A stretch of 64,000 nucleotides of DNA from Candidatus Hodarchaeota archaeon. Lineage in GTDB: Archaea; Asgardarchaeota; Heimdallarchaeia; Hodarchaeales; Hodarchaeaceae. The stretch covers positions 25,186 to 89,185 of the forward strand of contig JAEOTC010000068.1 of NCBI GenBank assembly GCA_016840035.1, in the 5' to 3' direction. The notes beneath the pieces are model-generated. The model searched no databases. It was not told the DNA's origin and was given only the letters and a program-made list of their open reading frames with translations. The translations under genes and the position numbers were made by a program. Shown here piece after piece: positions 59,412-64,000 of this stretch (within the stretch, counting starts at the first letter, position 1; each line of letters begins with the position of its first letter).

Positions 59412-61376
59412 TTATGCCCAATAAGAATACGCTGCGTGATAATGTCCGCCCATTGAACCAATGAAGTTATTCAGCTTCTCATTCATAAGGTACACGTCTG
59501 AAGCTGACATTAACGGTATTCGTGGTAAATATTCATGAACGAGCCATCCGGCATCTTCAACTGCTTCGACGTACTGGTCATTATCTGGCTTGTACTCTGG
59601 AACAGGATACGGCCAATCACTAGGTCCACCGGGCCACCCCATCCAAAGGAATCCTTCACCATCACTGAATTTTGCATAAGCAATTTCGTAGTCGATATTA
59701 AACCAGCTGGTTTCAGAATATCCGTAATACATGTAATAGACATAGGAAAAGAAGCCGACATCTTGATGGGGTACATCTAACCAACCACCAGATGCACCAA
59801 TAGAAAAGTCCCAATCGGGTCCTGTGAAATCTGGATCAGGGACTCCCACATACGTATCGTTATAATCGAACCCAGTATCTGGTTCGGTTCTTATGGCTGA
59901 TAAAAATGAGCCCCATTCCAAAATTTCGACATCCATCATAATTCCTATCTGTGCTAGGTCTTTCTTGATTGCAAGAGCCATATTTACACGTTCAGCTCGA
60001 TCATCAGTAACTGCTGTGAAGCGACGACCCTTGGTTTGGTTTACTCCATCAATTTGGGTTTCGTTGGCGTACACTCCGAATCCGAAACGGTTGGTAGGGT
60101 CAGCTGAGAATTTTCCTGGGACATATCCCATTGCATCTAGGATAGCTTCGGCTTCCTCGAGTCCTTGATCGTAGTCGTAGTAATCTGAAGTATCTATCCC
60201 TGGGAAATCTTGTAAGCTTTTGTCAGAAAAGATATTAGTTTTTGCTTTTGCGAGTCCTAGTTTTACATTGTTAACCATATTAGTACGGTTTACTACGTGA
60301 GAAACAGCTCTTCGGAACCATGTTTCTGAAAGCGGGAAGTTTCCAGGTCCACCAAAGAACGTTGGCCAATCGCCTTCTATATTCATAGTTATTGCATAGT
60401 TAGTTAATGTATCCGTAAGCCATCCTTTAAAGCCGTCTGTATTATTGGTTTCTATTAGAGCATCTTTGCTAAGGAAAAATCCGGCAATAGCATCAATACC
60501 ACCAGTACGGAGTTCTACAAGTGCCATTGCATTATCTTCAATAACACGGTATCTTACAGTCTTAAATGCATCCGAAAGTGCGGGGAATGTGTAGCTTTTA
60601 CCCATAGATGAGGTAAACGTTTCACCCCAACCATACCATTCATCAAAGCGTTCAAGTAGAACATAGTCTTCCTCAGCACGATCTGAGTATTTTAATGGTC
60701 CTACAGAGATTGGTGCTTCTAACCATTGCTCATATTTGTCAAGACAGGTATCATTATCGTCAGTGTATAATCCGTGTGAACCGTAGGGAACTAACATTTC
60801 ATTTCCCCAGTACTGCCCAGCGTGGCCGTATGCAAAGGTAGGATCAGGGAACCATGCACCTGAGAAAGTAACGACTTTACCTTCACCGTTTGGATCACCT
60901 GCAGGAAAAGTGACATTATAACCATCACCTTCATAGTCTGCTTTTGCTTCACTCACATTGTCATATGCCCACGTGATGTACCTATCTGCCCACATGCTAT
61001 ATGCTACATCTTTCGCTTTGATTTCGGTACCATCATGGAATTTGGCATCATCTCGGATGGTAAAAGTCCATGTTTCATTTTCAGTGGCAGGGTTGGTAAC
61101 TTCCCAACTCTCTGCTACACCAGGCATAACGGCAGTATCTGCACCTGGAGCTAGTTGCATTAGATATCCAGACCACTGATGGAATACCTCAACATCATAT
61201 CCGGATGCGGCATTGGGATCACGAATATCAAGAAAGACTACATCTGTGTCTAATTGGATGATTAATTCTTCGTGTTTTTCGCTTTCGCCAACACAACCAC
61301 TAAAAACTGAAATTGCGAATATCACCACTAGAGATAAGGCTATTCTGTAATTTTTATTCATTTTTTTATTCTCCAT
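59412..61376 (-). CDS. Family 5 ABC substrate-binding lipoprotein (OppA/DppA)
   Basis: Lipobox-like FSGC; PGVAESWE, FHDG....AKDV, FRRAVS. Confidence 0.9.
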   Translation of the reverse strand: MENKKMNKNYRIALSLVVIFAISVFSGCVGESEKHEELIIQLDTDVVFLDIRDPNAASGYDVEVFHQWSGYLMQLAPGADTAVMPGVAESWEVTNPATENETWTFTIRDDAKFHDGTEIKAKDVAYSMWADRYITWAYDNVSEAKADYEGDGYNVTFPAGDPNGEGKVVTFSGAWFPDPTFAYGHAGQYWGNEMLVPYGSHGLYTDDNDTCLDKYEQWLEAPISVGPLKYSDRAEEDYVLLERFDEWYGWGETFTSSMGKSYTFPALSDAFKTVRYRVIEDNAMALVELRTGGIDAIAGFFLSKDALIETNNTDGFKGWLTDTLTNYAITMNIEGDWPTFFGGPGNFPLSETWFRRAVSHVVNRTNMVNNVKLGLAKAKTNIFSDKSLQDFPGIDTSDYYDYDQGLEEAEAILDAMGYVPGKFSADPTNRFGFGVYANETQIDGVNQTKGRRFTAVTDDRAERVNMALAIKKDLAQIGIMMDVEILEWGSFLSAIRTEPDTGFDYNDTYVGVPDPDFTGPDWDFSIGASGGWLDVPHQDVGFFSYVYYMYYGYSETSWFNIDYEIAYAKFSDGEGFLWMGWPGGPSDWPYPVPEYKPDNDQYVEAVEDAGWLVHEYLPRIPLMSASDVYLMNEKLNNFIGSMGGHYHAAYSYWA

Positions 61377-61931
61377 AACACAACTTTTTCTAATCTGCTC
61401 ACATTGAAGAATCGTTGAAAGTCAGGTAAATATGTATATATCTAAACTGATATAGGATTATCTTTGAGGGAACTCTGTAAAATTTTGCAGAGCAGCTAGA
61501 GTTTTGTGCGAGATTTTGAGCTTTGGACGGGATTTATAAGTTTACCCTCAAACCAATACTCGATTTTTCCACATTTTTTATGGTAAATTTGTCTGTGTAA
61601 AAACTAGGGGAGCTTTGAATGACGAAGCACTATTAGAATTGAAATACTATGACTTTCACAGAACTAATCATAATTTTCTACATGATAGAATGGTTCACGT
61701 CTAGAAAACAATAAAACATATTCACTGGAAAGAATATATTAAGATTTTGAATACTATACTTCAATAAACTATCTATTGAATTATAAGGCTATTTTATAAC
61801 GATTTTTGGCGTGATAAATGTTTTAATGATGAGGTATTTGGAATCTAGATCCTCACAAATCACACAAAATTCTTATAATGGAACTAGATTCACAGAAAGT
61901 ATTATCAGATTCTGAATCCTAAATTTTTTGT

Positions 61932-62468
61932 ATGAAACATAAGCCATTTAATAGGAATTCGATAGCACTATTTATTGATCTAAAAATGACCATTCCTGAA
62001 AAGAGGTTCTTTTTAACCCAGATTCTTCTAGCTGGGTTACTTTATGTAAGTATTTACACTTTACTTGCATATTTTGTTTTCCCTGTAGACTTAATCGAAG
62101 GATCCAATGTTATATCCCGTGTCCTAGGATCAGCTTTCTTTTTCGGCGTTTTCAGCGGATTATTCTCAGGTCTTTTTGCAGGAATGCGTATTAATAGATT
62201 GAATCTTAGTTCTCCGATAACTTCTGGTTTAATCGCAGGGGCAATTTCTGTTCTTGTTGGTTCGCTTTTATTTCCTGTAGTAGGAGCTTTAGTTAGAGTA
62301 AGCGTTTTTGGTGAAAACCCAGCAGATTTTAATCTCATCTATAGGTACTTAATTAACCTGAGTTTAATAGGTGTATGGCCTGGTACCTTCGTCAGTTTGT
62401 TTTCAGGGTCATTTGGTGGAGTTTTATCCAGTGGAATTGCGCCTGCTGCCCGAGAAAGCCAAAGCTAA
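61932..62468 (+). CDS. Gly-rich four-TM membrane protein
   Basis: GxxxG-rich hydrophobic helices. Confidence 0.65.
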   Translation: MKHKPFNRNSIALFIDLKMTIPEKRFFLTQILLAGLLYVSIYTLLAYFVFPVDLIEGSNVISRVLGSAFFFGVFSGLFSGLFAGMRINRLNLSSPITSGLIAGAISVLVGSLLFPVVGALVRVSVFGENPADFNLIYRYLINLSLIGVWPGTFVSLFSGSFGGVLSSGIAPAARESQS

Positions 62469-62484
62469 ATTGATCACATCAGAT

Positions 62485-63537
62485 TTATTTTTTATTGTTC
62501 TTTTCCAGAATCCTGATAAATTTTTTCTTAATTTCAATCCGATTTGGAGGTTCTCGTAAGCCTCCTTCTCGTGTACGGTGTAATAAAGTTAGATATGCAC
62601 ATCTAAGGATATCATCGTTTTGAATGGTATTTCGCCCCTCAAATGCTGCAAAAGCCCTACTCGCTCTTGCTAAGACGATATCACTTCGGAATCCATCTAC
62701 CTCTAATGCAATACATAACTTCGAAATCAGAAGCTTATTCTCTTCACTTAATTGGATTGAAGAAAGATTATTTCGAGCCTGAATGATCTTATTTCGAATC
62801 TTTTGATCTTCTTGAACATGATGAGTTAATTTTTCAGATTTACTCTCCTCTAAGGCTAAATTTATTTCAATAATCCTCATTCGTTCTTGGAGGTCTTTAA
62901 CGTTTCCCGCCTGTGCGAAAAGACTTAACCGATCGAGTAATTGAGGTCTCAATTCTCCCTCTTCGGGGTTCATGGTTCCAATTAAGATAAAATTACTTGG
63001 ATGCTGAACTGAGATATTCTCTCTTTCAATGATATTAACTCCAGATGCAGCACAATCTAGTATGGTGTCAACTAAATGGTCTGGGAGGAGATTGATTTCG
63101 TCTATATATAAAATGTCTTGATTAACACTTGCTAATATGCCAGGAGATAGTGCTTCAATACCTAGATCAATTATTTTTTCAATATCTAGGGAACCAATTA
63201 CTCTATCCTCAGTAGCACCTAACGGCATAGTAATCACACGCATTGGTCTTTCTGTATAGTCCATAGAAGATTTATTTTGAGAATATCTTGTGCGACATGC
63301 CTCACACATAAGCCTCGGGTCTACAGGTGAGCATTGAAATGGACATTTCATTACTTCAATGGAAGGTAATATAGAACTCAAAGATCGAACTAATGAACTT
63401 TTTCCTGTACCTTTTGGTCCAGAAATCAGTACTCCACCAATTTTTGGGTCAATGATGGATAAAATCAGTGCGATTTTTGGATCTGCTAACCCAAGAAGCG
63501 CAGAGAAAGGTAAGGATAGACCGCTATATTGTTTCAT
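62485..63537 (-). CDS. ChlI-like AAA+ ATPase (chelatase subunit I family)
   Basis: GPKGTGKS, ATEDRVIGSLD, YIDEINLL, GTMNPEEGELRPQLLDR. Confidence 0.92.
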   Translation of the reverse strand: MKQYSGLSLPFSALLGLADPKIALILSIIDPKIGGVLISGPKGTGKSSLVRSLSSILPSIEVMKCPFQCSPVDPRLMCEACRTRYSQNKSSMDYTERPMRVITMPLGATEDRVIGSLDIEKIIDLGIEALSPGILASVNQDILYIDEINLLPDHLVDTILDCAASGVNIIERENISVQHPSNFILIGTMNPEEGELRPQLLDRLSLFAQAGNVKDLQERMRIIEINLALEESKSEKLTHHVQEDQKIRNKIIQARNNLSSIQLSEENKLLISKLCIALEVDGFRSDIVLARASRAFAAFEGRNTIQNDDILRCAYLTLLHRTREGGLREPPNRIEIKKKFIRILEKNNKK

Positions 63538-63647
63538 CCGACATCAAAGATGGCTTTTTTGTAGGGGAAAAAAACATTATGGATGATTCTATTAAGAGCA
63601 GAATTTTTTTTAAGTGCCAATAAAACGCTTATTAAAAGGGAAAAAAA

Positions 63648-64000
63648 ATGCACGACGACTTTATTGCACTTAATGGCGATAACCTTACTTTAAATAATTT
63701 TAAATCAATTGCTAAATTAAATTCAAATGTTGAATTGACTGTAAGTGCCAAAGAGAGAATTGAAAAATCTTCTGATATCGTTCGGGAGATTCTAAAGAAA
63801 AAAAAGAAAATCTACGGAATTACAACTGGTTTTGGATACTTACAAGAAGTTAACATACCTTTAAGTGATGTAGAAGCATTACAAGAGAATTTAATAAGGA
63901 GTCACTCTGCAGGAGTTGGGCCCAATTTTTCAAAGGAAATAGTGCGTGGGATAATGGCATTGCAAATAAATAAATTTGCCAAAGGCCATTCTGGTATTCG
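63648..64000 (+). CDS. hutH: Histidine ammonia-lyase (5' part, truncated by window end)
   Basis: Hand translation: MHDDFIALNG...IYGITTGFG...LQENLIRSHSAGVG...KGHSGI; SH is typical of His-specific enzymes. Confidence 0.9.
   Translation, partial: MHDDFIALNGDNLTLNNFKSIAKLNSNVELTVSAKERIEKSSDIVREILKKKKKIYGITTGFGYLQEVNIPLSDVEALQENLIRSHSAGVGPNFSKEIVRGIMALQINKFAKGHSGI

Noticed and set aside
47544-63537. ChlI/ChlD as evidence of chlorophyll or cobalamin synthesis
   Set aside because: No ChlH/CobN or tetrapyrrole genes in the window, and these ATPases are widespread without them. A distant cobN cannot be excluded.
1-64000. tRNA, rRNA, CRISPR array, IS or provirus
   Set aside because: No GC-rich structured RNA, spaced repeats, transposase or integrase seen by eye. 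Small RNAs could be missed without a scan.

Overview
AT-rich, gene-dense archaeal chromosome segment, most likely from an Asgard archaeon (Heimdallarchaeia/Hodarchaeales-like). This assignment is inferred from TFB, archaeosine TGT, G1PDH and an ASH-Ski2-type helicase occurring with a roadblock protein, an MglA-type GTPase and an arrestin-fold protein. Housekeeping genes include argS, egsA, rnhB, PMM/PGM, lipA, tfb, tgtA and a class II RNR carrying two homing-endonuclease inteins. A peptide/histidine catabolism block contains hutU, a surface metalloprotease, an Opp/Dpp ABC transporter and hutH. Two edge genes missing from the ORF track were read by hand: a >870-aa class III signal peptide (pilin-like) Ig-repeat protein at 1..2620 (-) and hutH at 63648..64000. 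The strongest novelty candidate is a ChlD-like AAA+/vWA protein with four transmembrane helices between its two domains. It lies directly upstream of an arrestin-fold gene, among membrane proteins and a transglutaminase, with a ChlI ATPase 12 kb away and no chelatase large subunit in the window. Other candidates are an RHH-fused pseudo-nucleotidyltransferase, tandem Zn-ribbon/coiled-coil paralogues, bacillithiol-type BshC/BshB, and a ribophorin-II-like surface protein. No rRNA, tRNA, CRISPR array or IS element was recognised. All calls come from motif reading; no searches were run.
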